Source: Acidimicrobiia bacterium (GTDB lineage Bacteria > Actinomycetota > Acidimicrobiia > Spongiisociales > Spongiisociaceae). Taken from it: a stretch of 64,000 nt of DNA. Position numbers and translations under genes: made by a program. The notes beneath the pieces are model-generated. The model saw only the letters and a list, made by a program, of their open reading frames with translations, was not told the origin of the DNA and searched no databases. This document shows, in pieces, positions 16,892 through 26,087 of this stretch. Each line of letters begins with the position of its first letter. The first letter of the stretch is position 1. The DNA lies in contig VXRE01000020.1 in NCBI GenBank assembly GCA_009838635.1, forward strand, positions 2,633 through 66,632. The letters run 5' to 3'.

Positions 16892-17959
16892 ATGCCTTTC
16901 TACCTGATCGCTCAGTCCGTTGCGGACGCCTGCGGAGTCGATCCGGGGTCCGTATGCGGCCTCGTCTATGACTTGACCGGTAGCAGCGGGACCGCTCGCC
17001 TGGCCGATCTGGCGGCCCGTCCCCTCAAGGTCCTGCTCATCCTGTTGCTGGCCTGGGTCGTCAGCCGGATCGTGCGCCGGTGGCTGGACAGGCTGGTCGA
17101 GGGCTGGCTGACGAGGCGCTCCGAACTGGCGGAGGCCATCTCCGGCACCATCGAGCAGGATGACGACGGGCCGGGATTGGGCGAGGCCGCGCTCGAGAGG
17201 GCCCGCCGGATGGTGGACCAGCAGGAGCGGAGCGGCCAGCGGACGAGAACGCTCGGTTCGGTGCTCAGGTCGGTCTCCTCGGCAGTCATCTACGGCATGG
17301 CCCTGATGATGGCCCTGGCGGAGTTCGACGTGAACCTGGGCCCGCTGATCGCCGGCGCCGGTATAGCCGGCGTAGCGGTCGGTTTCGGCGCCCAGAGCCT
17401 GGTCAAGGACTTCCTCTCCGGTGTGTTCATGCTGCTGGAGGACCAGTACGGAGTGGGCGATGTGGTGGACGTGGGGGACACGGTCGGCGTCGTGGAGGAG
17501 GTCAAGCTCCGCACCACCCAGGTGCGCGACATCAACGGGACGCTCTGGTACATCCCCAACGGCGAGATCTCCCGGGTGGCCAACCTCACCCAGGACTGGG
17601 GCCAGGCCGTGGTCGACGTCGAAGTCGCCTACGACACCGACATCGCGGCGGCGATGGCCCTCATCAAGGAAGTGGCGGACGGGTTGTGGCGGGAGCAACT
17701 CGAGTCGTTCACGATCATCCAGGAGCCGACCATGGCCGGGGTTCAGGCCTTCGGGGACAACTCGATCGCCCTCCGCCTGATGGTCAGGACCGAGCCCGGA
17801 GAGCAGTTCGGCACGGCGCGGGAGTTGCGGAAGCGGCTCAAGTACGCGCTCGACGAGGCAGGGATCGAGATCCCGTTCCCGCAGCGCACCATCTGGGTAC
17901 GTTCCCAGCCGGCCACGGCGTTGCCGGATGAAGCAGGCGGTACGGACAGCTCCGGTTAG
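16892..17959 (+). CDS. Mechanosensitive ion channel (MscS family)
   Basis: TM helices followed by the MscS beta-domain motif (AQSLVKDFLSGVFMLLEDQYGVGDVVDVGDTVGVVEEVKLRTTQVRDINGTLWYIPNGEI). Start ATG 16892 is preferred. Confidence 0.88.
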   Translation: MPFYLIAQSVADACGVDPGSVCGLVYDLTGSSGTARLADLAARPLKVLLILLLAWVVSRIVRRWLDRLVEGWLTRRSELAEAISGTIEQDDDGPGLGEAALERARRMVDQQERSGQRTRTLGSVLRSVSSAVIYGMALMMALAEFDVNLGPLIAGAGIAGVAVGFGAQSLVKDFLSGVFMLLEDQYGVGDVVDVGDTVGVVEEVKLRTTQVRDINGTLWYIPNGEISRVANLTQDWGQAVVDVEVAYDTDIAAAMALIKEVADGLWREQLESFTIIQEPTMAGVQAFGDNSIALRLMVRTEPGEQFGTARELRKRLKYALDEAGIEIPFPQRTIWVRSQPATALPDEAGGTDSSG

Positions 17960-17967
17960 GGGCCTTA

Positions 17968-17991
17968 CCGCGGGGCGGTTGCGGCTTTTTT
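17968..17991 (+). terminator. Weak hairpin followed by T6 after the MscS gene
   Basis: CCGC-ggggcggtt-GCGG then C TTTTTT. The stem is short (4-6 bp). This is the only clear T tract in the neighbourhood. Confidence 0.35.
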
Positions 17992-18080
17992 CGCGGACTC
18001 GTTCGATCATGGCCCATCGCGGAACTTGTCCGGCCGGGCTGGGCTAAGGTTCCTGCCCGTGCTGGTTACCGCGGCTCGGT

Positions 18081-18944
18081 TTGGCTGACATGCAGCAAGT
18101 GCTCGCTGCGGTCGATCTGTCCCCGATGTCCCGCCGCGTGGCCGATCGAGGCCGGATTCTTGCAGAGGCTCACCAGACCGAGCTCAAGCTGGTGCATGTA
18201 GCGGAACCACCCGACGTCCCGCTCCCGGACGAGATGATGGAGCGGATCCACCTGTACCGCCAGAGCCAGGCGGAGGACCTGCTGACATGGATCAATGCCC
18301 GCGCCCGGTGCCGGGTGGATCTGGAGGTCCGGTCGGGGAACATGGCCATCGAACTGGCCAAGCTGTCCCACAAGGCCGGGCTGGTGATCACCGGCACCTC
18401 GTCGGTCGACCAGACGAGGATCGGCCCCCGCACCACCAGGCTGGCCCGCAAGCTGCATGCCTCGGTGCTCAGCGTGCGGAGGCTGCTGCGTTCCCCGTAT
18501 CGCCGGGCGATCGCAGCCGTGGACCTTTCCGAGGCCAGCACTTCGGCGGTCGATCTGGCCCTCCTCCTGGCGACGGGCGCCGACACGGTGACGGCGGTGG
18601 CGTCGTTGCCCACCGACGACGAGACCATGCTCTCGGATGCTGGGGTCATGCCCGAACGGCTCGATGTGTTGCGGCGGGAACGGCTTTCCCTGCTGGAGGA
18701 GCGCATGCAGAAGTTCGTAGCCGGCTGGGGCGGCCTGGTCACGCCGGTGGTCCTGGACGGCCCCCCGCCCCAGACCGTGGCCGAGTTCGCCCGCATCAGC
18801 AACGCCGACCTGGTGGTGGCGGCCAGCCGCGGCGCCGGCAACGCCAACATGGTCCTCCTGGGCAGCAACGCCGAAGCCCTGATGCGCACCGTCCCCTGCG
18901 ACGTGGCCATAGCCCGCGTGCCGGGTCGTTTCTACCGCCCCTAG
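18081..18944 (+). CDS. Universal stress protein, tandem USP domains
   Basis: 287 aa with two USP-like halves (VLAAVDLSPMS... and AIAAVDLSEAS...), ending in the ATP-binding-like DLVVAASRGAGNANMVLLGSNAEALMRTVPCDVAIARV. Confidence 0.8.
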   Translation: MADMQQVLAAVDLSPMSRRVADRGRILAEAHQTELKLVHVAEPPDVPLPDEMMERIHLYRQSQAEDLLTWINARARCRVDLEVRSGNMAIELAKLSHKAGLVITGTSSVDQTRIGPRTTRLARKLHASVLSVRRLLRSPYRRAIAAVDLSEASTSAVDLALLLATGADTVTAVASLPTDDETMLSDAGVMPERLDVLRRERLSLLEERMQKFVAGWGGLVTPVVLDGPPPQTVAEFARISNADLVVAASRGAGNANMVLLGSNAEALMRTVPCDVAIARVPGRFYRP

Positions 18945-18985
18945 CGCCAGATCAATCACCCGCCGGGAGTATCCTTCCCCCACAG

Positions 18986-19061
18986 GGCCCGTAGCTCAAC
19001 CGGTCAGAGCAGCGGACTCATAATCCGTTGGTTGCAGGTTCGAGTCCTGCCGGGCCCACCA
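18986..19061 (+). tRNA. tRNA with anticodon CAT (Met, or Ile2 if lysidine-modified), CCA encoded
   Basis: A perfect cloverleaf folded by hand: acceptor GGGCCCG/CGGGCCC, D arm GCTC-AACCGGTCA-GAGC, anticodon arm GCGGA-CTCATAA-TCCGT, variable loop TGGTT, T arm GCAGG-TTCGAGT-CCTGC, then discriminator A and CCA. Confidence 0.93.
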
Positions 19062-19310
19062 CGTGCTCTCAGTCGCTGGCCGTTATGGCTACCTATAGTC
19101 CCAGGTCAAGGGCCAGTTCTGTTCTCGTCTCCGGGGGTTGGCGAGCCACTTTGGTAGCCCTTCGTGACTTCTTGAGGCTCCTATTTGTTGTTACTCATCG
19201 TCGGTAGACTTGCCTGCGACACCACTCGATCATCGCTCCCTGGCTGGTGAAATCCGAAGAACGCTGCATGGATGCTCGGGTGTGGTCAACCTTGTGACAG
19301 AAAGGTAGCG

Positions 19311-20220
19311 ATGCCGCTATTCGAGATTGGAGAAGACGAACTGGTCCCGTTCCGACGGGTGCAGGCTGGACCGGACCTCTATGAGAAGGAAATCGAGGAG
19401 TTGCTGTGGGCCAACCCTGACGCGTTCGTCGGTACCCCTCTCTTCCCAGTCGCACGCCAGCCTGCCCTCAGCGGCAAGCTCCGCCCCGATGTTGTGGCGC
19501 TCGACGATCGAGGGCATGTGCACGTGATCGAAGTGAAGCGGGACATCGCCCGTGACCAGCTGGCGCAGTGCCTCGAGTATGCCGGCTGGGCGCTGGACAC
19601 CAGCCTCGACGTTTGCAGCGATGTTCCACGACGGCGAGACAGCGTTTTTCAATGCGTGGATGGAGTTCACGGACACCAAGTCGCCGCAGTTGATACGAAA
19701 GCCACCACAGCTCGTGCTCGTCGCCCGGGATTTCGATAGCCGGACCGATGCTGCGTTGCGCTATCTGGCAGAGAGTGGCCTCCCGATCACGGTGTTGGGG
19801 GCCACCGTCTATCAGGACCGGGAGGATCGCCGGTTCGTGGATATCGACGCTGACCATGAACCTGAGGTTCCCCTTACCGTTGGCAGTGGTGGTCAGGGTG
19901 GTCCGAAGAGTTTCAAAATCGACGGACGGCGTGTCGTGGTCAGTGACCTCTTGGATGCTGGTCTGATCGAACCGGGCACCATCTTGACGTGGACCCGTCC
20001 GAGAATCGGCGAGACCTATAAGGCTCGGGTTCTTGCGACCGGCGACATACGCCTCGACGACGATCGAACCTTTGCGTCGCCCTCGCGGGCAGCTCGCGAG
20101 GCAGCCGGCATTGTTGCTGCTCCCGGGTGGAGTTCCTGGGCAGCACCCGACGGGCGAACACTGTCGAAACTCCGCTCAGAATTGCTGGAACAACAAAGGT
20201 TGCTACACGCTGACAAATAG
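19311..20220 (+). pseudogene. PD-(D/E)XK (NucS/DUF91-like) nuclease fused to a RAMA-like C-terminal domain, interrupted by a 1-nt frameshift near 19611
   Basis: Frame A (from ATG 19311, SD aaagg) gives MPLFEIGEDELVPF ... RPDVVALDDRGHVHVIEVKRDIARDQLAQCLEYAGWALDTSLD. Frame B continues FAAMFHDGETAFFNAWMEF ... LVLVARDFDSRTDAALRYLAESGLPITV ... YKARVLATGDIRLDDDRTFASPSRAAREAAGIVAAPGWSSW. Confidence 0.6.
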
Positions 20221-20526
20221 AGTTTTACTCTCATATATCGACTCCTAGAGTCCTCTTCCCGGGTCCACATCGGCTGCCAGTTACCCGCCGTCGGGAGTCA
20301 TCGACCCTTGAATCCACCGGTGGTTCCTATCTGTCTGCGACACGAAACCACGGCGCTGCCCGGTCAGGAACTGTCGCTCCCGCCCGGGTCATGGGCGAGA
20401 GCCTGATCCGTTTCTCGGTCGACGTGCTGGCGCGCTCTGACCGGGAGGGGTCGCCAGCCGTTTCGCTGCTTCGGTCGGAGTGTCAATCCGGACGACGATG
20501 GCGGGTGGCCGGGAGACGAGTATCTC

Positions 20527-22233
20527 TCATCCGCGGAGGGTTGCCGTTCTTGCTGTGTCCACGCTGAAGGTGGCCGGGTCCACTGCTACGCCGTAGTCCC
20601 GCTCGGCTGCCTCGACCGACACGAAGCCGTTGCGGACGTCTTTCGCCACCAGCGCCGGATCGCGCTCGAAGGGGTTGCCCCAGCCGCCGCCTCCTCCGGT
20701 GTTGTTGGCGAGAACCTGTCCGGCTTCGAGGAAGTTGTAGCTGCCTGCCTTCCGCTCCTCGTTTTCCGTTCCCGGGTCGATCACGACGTGGTTGGGGTCG
20801 GCTTCCTTCCCGCCGTTGATGCCCCATGGAGGGCTCACGGTCTTGTACAGGATCGCTATGGCGGTGGCAGGGGCGAGGAACCGGTAGACCCTGCTGATAC
20901 CCACGCCGCCGCGGTGCTTACCGGGGCCTCCGGTGTCGGGCCGGTAGCCGTAGTGGTCGATCAGCAGCGGACCCTTGATCTCCAGCACCTCCACGGGATT
21001 GTTGCGGCAGCCGGGCTCGCTCAGATGCATGATGCCGTCCTCACCGTCTCCGCCGGCGTGGGCGCCGAAGCCGACCGCGTCGTTCATGCCCTCCAGCCAC
21101 GGTCCTCCGGTCCGGGGATCGTCTCCGAGAGCCATGACGGAGCACACGTCGCCCCCGGAACAGGCGGGCACGCGGTCCGGCATCCCCTGTGCCAGGGCCT
21201 TCAGCATCACCTCGCCGCCCAGCAATCCACCCCACAGGGTGAAGGTGGGCATGGGTGGAACGGCGTGCATCACCGATCCCTCCTTGGTGATCACCCGCAA
21301 CGGGCGGAAGTTGCCGGCAGTGACCGGCCATTCGGGAGTGGTGAGAGCCTTGAAGATCAGGCAGTTGAACGCCTCGGTCAAGCCCCGCGGTAGGTTGATC
21401 GGACCGCGAACTCCCTCGTCACTCCTGGTCCAGTCGACGATCATCTCGTCGTCGGTGATGGTGATGGTCACGGCCATCTTTACCTGTCTGTCGAGATCCA
21501 CCCCGTCGTTGTCCATGTAGTCCTCGGCGCTCCAAGTGCCCTTGGGCATGCGCCGCAAGGCCGCCCGCGCCAGGCGCTCGCCGTGGACGTTGATGGCGTC
21601 CATGGCGGCGGTGAGGGTCTCGACCCCGAACTTGTCGGCGATCTCACGGGTACGCCTGACCCCGGTGACGACAGCCGACACCTGGGCCTGCAAGTCCCCG
21701 ATCGTGTGGCTGGGCATCCGGCTGTTGAAGCGCACGATGTTGAATATGTCCTCGTTGATCTGGCCTTCCCGGTACAGCTTCACGACCGGGAAGAAGATCC
21801 CCTCCTGGTACATGTCGGTGGAGTCGAGTACGTATCCCGGGTCCTTCTGCTTGAGGTCGAGCACGTGGCACCGGCAGGACGCGAACCCGACCAGCCGCCC
21901 TTCGACGTGGATCGGAGCGAACACGAGCGTGTCGAGCGTGTGGGCCGACGACCAGTACGGATAGTTGTTTATGAACACGTCCCCGGGCTTCATCGACTCC
22001 GTTCCCAGGAACTCGATCGACCGCTTGATGCCGTAGTCGTTGCCGCGGGTGAACACGGCGATGCCCGGAGCGTCGGCAGCGATGTCCCCGTTCACATCGT
22101 GCAGTCCGATCCCGTAGTCGTGGGTTTCGTAGACGACCGTGTTGTAGGACGTCCGGCACAGGTTCCGGGCCATCTCCTCGCAGGCCGAGAGAAGCCCGTG
22201 ACGGATGATCTCGGTCGTTATGGCGTCAATCAT
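20527..22233 (-). CDS. hyuB: Hydantoinase B/oxoprolinase family protein
   Basis: 568 aa. MIDAITTEIIRHGLLSACEEMARNLCRTSYNTVVYETHDYGIGL is the typical HyuB N-terminus. It overlaps hyuA by 8 nt. Confidence 0.9.
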   Translation of the reverse strand: MIDAITTEIIRHGLLSACEEMARNLCRTSYNTVVYETHDYGIGLHDVNGDIAADAPGIAVFTRGNDYGIKRSIEFLGTESMKPGDVFINNYPYWSSAHTLDTLVFAPIHVEGRLVGFASCRCHVLDLKQKDPGYVLDSTDMYQEGIFFPVVKLYREGQINEDIFNIVRFNSRMPSHTIGDLQAQVSAVVTGVRRTREIADKFGVETLTAAMDAINVHGERLARAALRRMPKGTWSAEDYMDNDGVDLDRQVKMAVTITITDDEMIVDWTRSDEGVRGPINLPRGLTEAFNCLIFKALTTPEWPVTAGNFRPLRVITKEGSVMHAVPPMPTFTLWGGLLGGEVMLKALAQGMPDRVPACSGGDVCSVMALGDDPRTGGPWLEGMNDAVGFGAHAGGDGEDGIMHLSEPGCRNNPVEVLEIKGPLLIDHYGYRPDTGGPGKHRGGVGISRVYRFLAPATAIAILYKTVSPPWGINGGKEADPNHVVIDPGTENEERKAGSYNFLEAGQVLANNTGGGGGWGNPFERDPALVAKDVRNGFVSVEAAERDYGVAVDPATFSVDTARTATLRG

Positions 22234-24265
22234 CGGTAACCCCCAGCGTTATCACGAGCTCGCCATGCTCCCCCACCACCAGATGGTCGCCCGGATGGAT
22301 GACGGTGGTAGCGGTGTGCTCGACTATCACCGCCGGTCCGGCGACCTCGTCACCGCGGCAGAGGTCCTCCCTCCTGTACACCCCGGCAGGGACCCGGTGG
22401 GCGCCCCCGGCGTCAAGAACGGGCCGGGTTGCGAACGGCTCGGTCGTCCCGACCGTCCGGCGGGGGAGTGCCGGCAGCCTGGGTTGGTCCACCGTTCCGG
22501 TTGCGTTCAGGCGCAGCGTCGTGACCTCCACCGGATCGGTCATCGTATGGCCGTACTGGCGATGGTGGAGTTCGGTGAACCGCTGTCCCAGATATGCGAT
22601 CGGGTCCGCTGTCCCGGCCGGGAGGGGAATCGACACCGGATGTTCCTGGCCGGAGTACCTGACGTCGACCGAGCGCGCCAGCACCTGCCTCTCGACAGGG
22701 AATCCCTCTGACTGCAGCGTATCTACTGCTCGGGCCGACATCTCGGCGTACGAGCGTTCAAGCCGACCGGCGTCGAGCGACTCGAGCGGCATCAAGGCGG
22801 TCTGCGCGAAGTCGTGCTGGACGTCCGCCATCAGCATTCCCAGCGCGGAGAAGGCGCCCTGGCCCGGCGGGATGATGACGGTGCCCATGCCCAGCTCGCG
22901 GGCCACGTCGACCGCCACTATCCCCCCGGCGCCGCCGAACGCCAGGAGCGCGAAGTCCTTCGGGTCGCGGCCCAACTCGACGGTGATCGAGCGCACCGCT
23001 CCCATTACCTTGACCGCCGAGATCCGTACCACGCCGAGGGCGAGTTCCTCCACTGTTATGCCCATGCGCCCGGCTAGCGGTTCCAATGCGCCGCGGGCCA
23101 GGTCCTCTTCGAGGGTCAGGGTCCCTCCCAGCGGAGTCTCCCGGCCGAGATAGCCCACTATGAGGGCGGCGTCGGTGAAGGTGGCTTCGCTTCCGCCGGA
23201 TCCGTACGAGGCGGGCCCCGGATCCGCGCCGGCGCTGTGCGGTCCGACCTGGAGTCCTCCCGCTTCGTCGGTCCAGGCGATCGAGCCGCCGCCCGCCCCT
23301 ATCGTGTGGATGTAGAGGGACGAGATGTTTATGGGCAGGCTCTCGAACTCGGTGCCCTGGTGCATGACGGGTCGCCCTTCGATGACGAGCGAGGCGTCCA
23401 AACTGGTACCACCCATGTCGATTGTGACGAGGTTGGGCTCCCCGATCATCCGGGCGAAACCCGCCGCTCCGATCACGCCTCCGGCCGGTCCTGACAGGAT
23501 CAGGTTCACGGGGTTCTCGCGGGCGGAGGAGGCGGTCATCGCCCCGCCGCCGGACCGCATCATCAGGAACCGACCTTCGAAACCTCCGGACGCCAGTTCT
23601 CCGCCCAGGTCGTACAGGTAGGTCCGCACGATCGGCTTGATGTACGCGTCGAGTACTGCCGTACTGGTCCGCTCGTACTCCCTGTACTCGCGGGAGAGAT
23701 CCGACGAGATCGACACCTCCACTTCGGGGACGACCTCTGCCAGAACCTCCCGCATCGCCACTTCATGGGCAGGGTTGGTGTAGGAGTGCAGGAAGGCCAC
23801 GGCCACTGAGTCGTAGCCACCGTCCCTTATGAGCGCGGCGATCCGGCGGGCGTCGGCTTCATCGAATTCGGTGCGGACGGAGCCGTCGTACATGAGGCGC
23901 TCCGTCACCTCGAAGGTGTCGCACCGTTCCACCAGGCGGGGAGGGGTCCGGTAGAGGATGTCGTAGTTCCCCTCCCGGGAGGTCCGCCCCAGCAGGTAAA
24001 CGTCCCGGAACCCCGCCGTGGCCACCACGGCCGTCCGGGCGCCGGAGCGGGTCAGGAGCGCGTTGAGGGCCAGGGTGGTGCCGTGGGTGAACAGGGACGT
24101 GCGGTCAAGCGCTGCGTCGACCCGGGCGATGGAGTCGATCACCCCCTGGCTCGGGTCGTCCGGCGTGGTGGGTACCTTCTCGAACCGGATCTCTCCGCTG
24201 CCGTCGAGACTCACCACGTCCGTGAACGTGCCCCCCACGTCGATAGCGAGGCGGTTGGTGCTCAC
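22226..24265 (-). CDS. hyuA: Hydantoinase A/oxoprolinase family protein
   Basis: 679 aa with the LAIDVGGTFTDVV ATPase motif and DMGGTSLD. Confidence 0.9.
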   Translation of the reverse strand: MSTNRLAIDVGGTFTDVVSLDGSGEIRFEKVPTTPDDPSQGVIDSIARVDAALDRTSLFTHGTTLALNALLTRSGARTAVVATAGFRDVYLLGRTSREGNYDILYRTPPRLVERCDTFEVTERLMYDGSVRTEFDEADARRIAALIRDGGYDSVAVAFLHSYTNPAHEVAMREVLAEVVPEVEVSISSDLSREYREYERTSTAVLDAYIKPIVRTYLYDLGGELASGGFEGRFLMMRSGGGAMTASSARENPVNLILSGPAGGVIGAAGFARMIGEPNLVTIDMGGTSLDASLVIEGRPVMHQGTEFESLPINISSLYIHTIGAGGGSIAWTDEAGGLQVGPHSAGADPGPASYGSGGSEATFTDAALIVGYLGRETPLGGTLTLEEDLARGALEPLAGRMGITVEELALGVVRISAVKVMGAVRSITVELGRDPKDFALLAFGGAGGIVAVDVARELGMGTVIIPPGQGAFSALGMLMADVQHDFAQTALMPLESLDAGRLERSYAEMSARAVDTLQSEGFPVERQVLARSVDVRYSGQEHPVSIPLPAGTADPIAYLGQRFTELHHRQYGHTMTDPVEVTTLRLNATGTVDQPRLPALPRRTVGTTEPFATRPVLDAGGAHRVPAGVYRREDLCRGDEVAGPAVIVEHTATTVIHPGDHLVVGEHGELVITLGVTDD

Positions 24266-24293
24266 CTGCCTTCCTCGCCGATGAAGGTGCGCA

Positions 24294-25490
24294 TCATGGT
24301 TCCACTACCTCTCCCGATCGGATGACCAGCCGATCCGGTGACCAGAGCACGTCGGTCCGCTCGAAGGGGTTGCCTCCCAGCACCACCAGGTCGGCGATGG
24401 CGCCCTCCCGGATCACCCCCAGGTCCGGTCGCCGCAGGATGGATGCGTTGACCGAGGTGGCGGAGCGGAGGACGTCGCCTACCGTATCCACTTCGCACCG
24501 GTTCCTGAATTCGAGGAGCTGTTCGTCCTCCAAGTCGCCCACCAGGTCGGTTCCGAGACCGATGCGTACTCCGGCCCGGCGGGCGATGCCGATCGACGAC
24601 AGGCCCGCTTCCAGTACCTCGCGGTTCTTGCGCTCGGAGACCGGAGAGAGGCCGAGACCGGGGCCGCGGCGTCCCATGGCGTCGTAGGCGATCAGGGTGG
24701 GAACCAGATAGGCGCCGCGTTCCGCCATGAGCTCCGCTGTCTGCTGGTCGAGGAGGTTTCCGTGTTCGATGGTCCGCACGCCGTTCGTCACCGAGTGGGC
24801 GATCGCCTCGGGGGAGTACGCGTGGGCGGCTACGTAGGAATCCCGCCGGGATGCCTCGTCACAGACGGCCCGCACCTCTTCAGCGGAGTACTGCCTGCTA
24901 CGGAGCGGATCCGTGGGGGAGGCCACGCCCCCGGAGGTGAAGATCTTGATGGCGTGGGCGCCGGTCCGGAACCGTTCCCGCACTGCTCGCAGCAGGGCGT
25001 CGACACCGTCGGCGATCTCGCCGACATGGTGTCCGAGGACGTCGATGGCAAGGTGACCGGGACGGGCATCGCCGTGCCCTCCGGTCTGGGTGAGGCCGGG
25101 ACCGGTGAAGAAGTAGCGGGGGCCATCGATGAGTCCGTCCTCGATGGCCATGCGAAGGCCGATGTCGCCCCCCGCCACGTCCCGTACGGTGGTGAAGCCC
25201 CGGCGCAGGGCGCCTTCGAGGCGGCGAGCAGCCTTGGTGGCCACATAACTCATCGGCAACGCCTCGTTCTCCAGCAGGTCGACGCTCACCGTGTAGGCGT
25301 GCAAATGCGCGTCGATGAGGCCGGGAGTGACCAGTCGACCCTTGGCGTTGACTACCCGGGCCCCACCCGGAGGCGGGCCTTCCAGGCTGACGATCCGTCC
25401 CGCTTCCGTATGGATCGGGCACTCGACCGGCTCGGGACCCACGCCGTCGAACACCAGACCATCGATGACCGACAGCAGACCGGCGGTCAA
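24294..25490 (-). CDS. Metal-dependent amidohydrolase family protein
   Basis: 398 aa with PGLIDAHLH (HxH metal site) and AHAYSPEAI ... IEHGN. TTG start as given by the ORF track. It lies upstream of hyuAB in the same orientation. Confidence 0.8.
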   Translation of the reverse strand: MTAGLLSVIDGLVFDGVGPEPVECPIHTEAGRIVSLEGPPPGGARVVNAKGRLVTPGLIDAHLHAYTVSVDLLENEALPMSYVATKAARRLEGALRRGFTTVRDVAGGDIGLRMAIEDGLIDGPRYFFTGPGLTQTGGHGDARPGHLAIDVLGHHVGEIADGVDALLRAVRERFRTGAHAIKIFTSGGVASPTDPLRSRQYSAEEVRAVCDEASRRDSYVAAHAYSPEAIAHSVTNGVRTIEHGNLLDQQTAELMAERGAYLVPTLIAYDAMGRRGPGLGLSPVSERKNREVLEAGLSSIGIARRAGVRIGLGTDLVGDLEDEQLLEFRNRCEVDTVGDVLRSATSVNASILRRPDLGVIREGAIADLVVLGGNPFERTDVLWSPDRLVIRSGEVVEP

Positions 25491-25798
25491 CTAAGCCTCG
25501 CATCAGCAGGACACGCGATCTGCTCAACTCGTACGGGGCAGCTGGAACATGTCGTCCCGGCGCGGGGTGCAGCCATACGGTTCAACTCCTCACTCAAGAT
25601 GGAGTATCCGGTATTACGTTATTTGTCATTAATATACCGAACAGATTGGGTTGAGAGCGGGATGAGTCTAGACGGTGTGGCCACCACGCCGATCTGGTCA
25701 GCAGACGACCTTGCATCCGGCCTGTCGCGTGCCACCGGCGCCGTTGAACCTGCCTGAGCCGCGGCCGGAGACCGGGACCTATGACGATCAGGTTCGCA

Positions 25799-25834
25799 CT
25801 GACAGCAAGGCATCATTTGATGCTATGCTGTCAG
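25799..25834. promoter_or_regulatory. Nested palindrome immediately upstream of vapB (probable VapB/VapBC operator overlapping the promoter)
   Basis: CTGACAGCA-ag-GCATCA-tt-TGATGC-ta-TGCTGTCAG. The 9-bp outer and 6-bp inner arms are both perfect, and the palindrome ends 1 nt before the vapB ATG. A TATGCT -10-like hexamer lies inside it. Confidence 0.55.
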
Positions 25835-25835
25835 C

Positions 25836-26087
25836 ATGCGGACTACGGTGACACTCGACTCCGACACGGAGCAGATCGTCAGGCAGCGCATGACCGAACG
25901 TCGGGTCTCGTTCAAGCAGGCATTGAATGACCTGGTGCGTGAGGGCAGAGGCTTTGCCGATGGGCCCCGCGAATTCAGAACGACAACTCGGCCGATGGGA
26001 CGCGCCAGGGTCGACCTCGACAAGGCGTTGCGGATCGCCGGCGAACTAGAGGACGGCGACGTTGCGAATCTGGAGACCGGATCCTGA
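25836..26087 (+). CDS. vapB: Type II antitoxin, ribbon-helix-helix (VapB-like)
   Basis: 83 aa beginning MRTTVTLDSDTEQIVRQRMTERRVSFKQALNDLVREG. It lies immediately upstream of, and overlapping, a PIN-domain gene. Confidence 0.8.
   Translation: MRTTVTLDSDTEQIVRQRMTERRVSFKQALNDLVREGRGFADGPREFRTTTRPMGRARVDLDKALRIAGELEDGDVANLETGS

Noticed and set aside
19062-20526. An intact integrative element or prophage next to the tRNA.
   Set aside because: No integrase, excisionase, transposase or phage-like gene is present on either strand. Only a frameshifted nuclease gene and a weak att-like repeat are there, so at most this is a relic.
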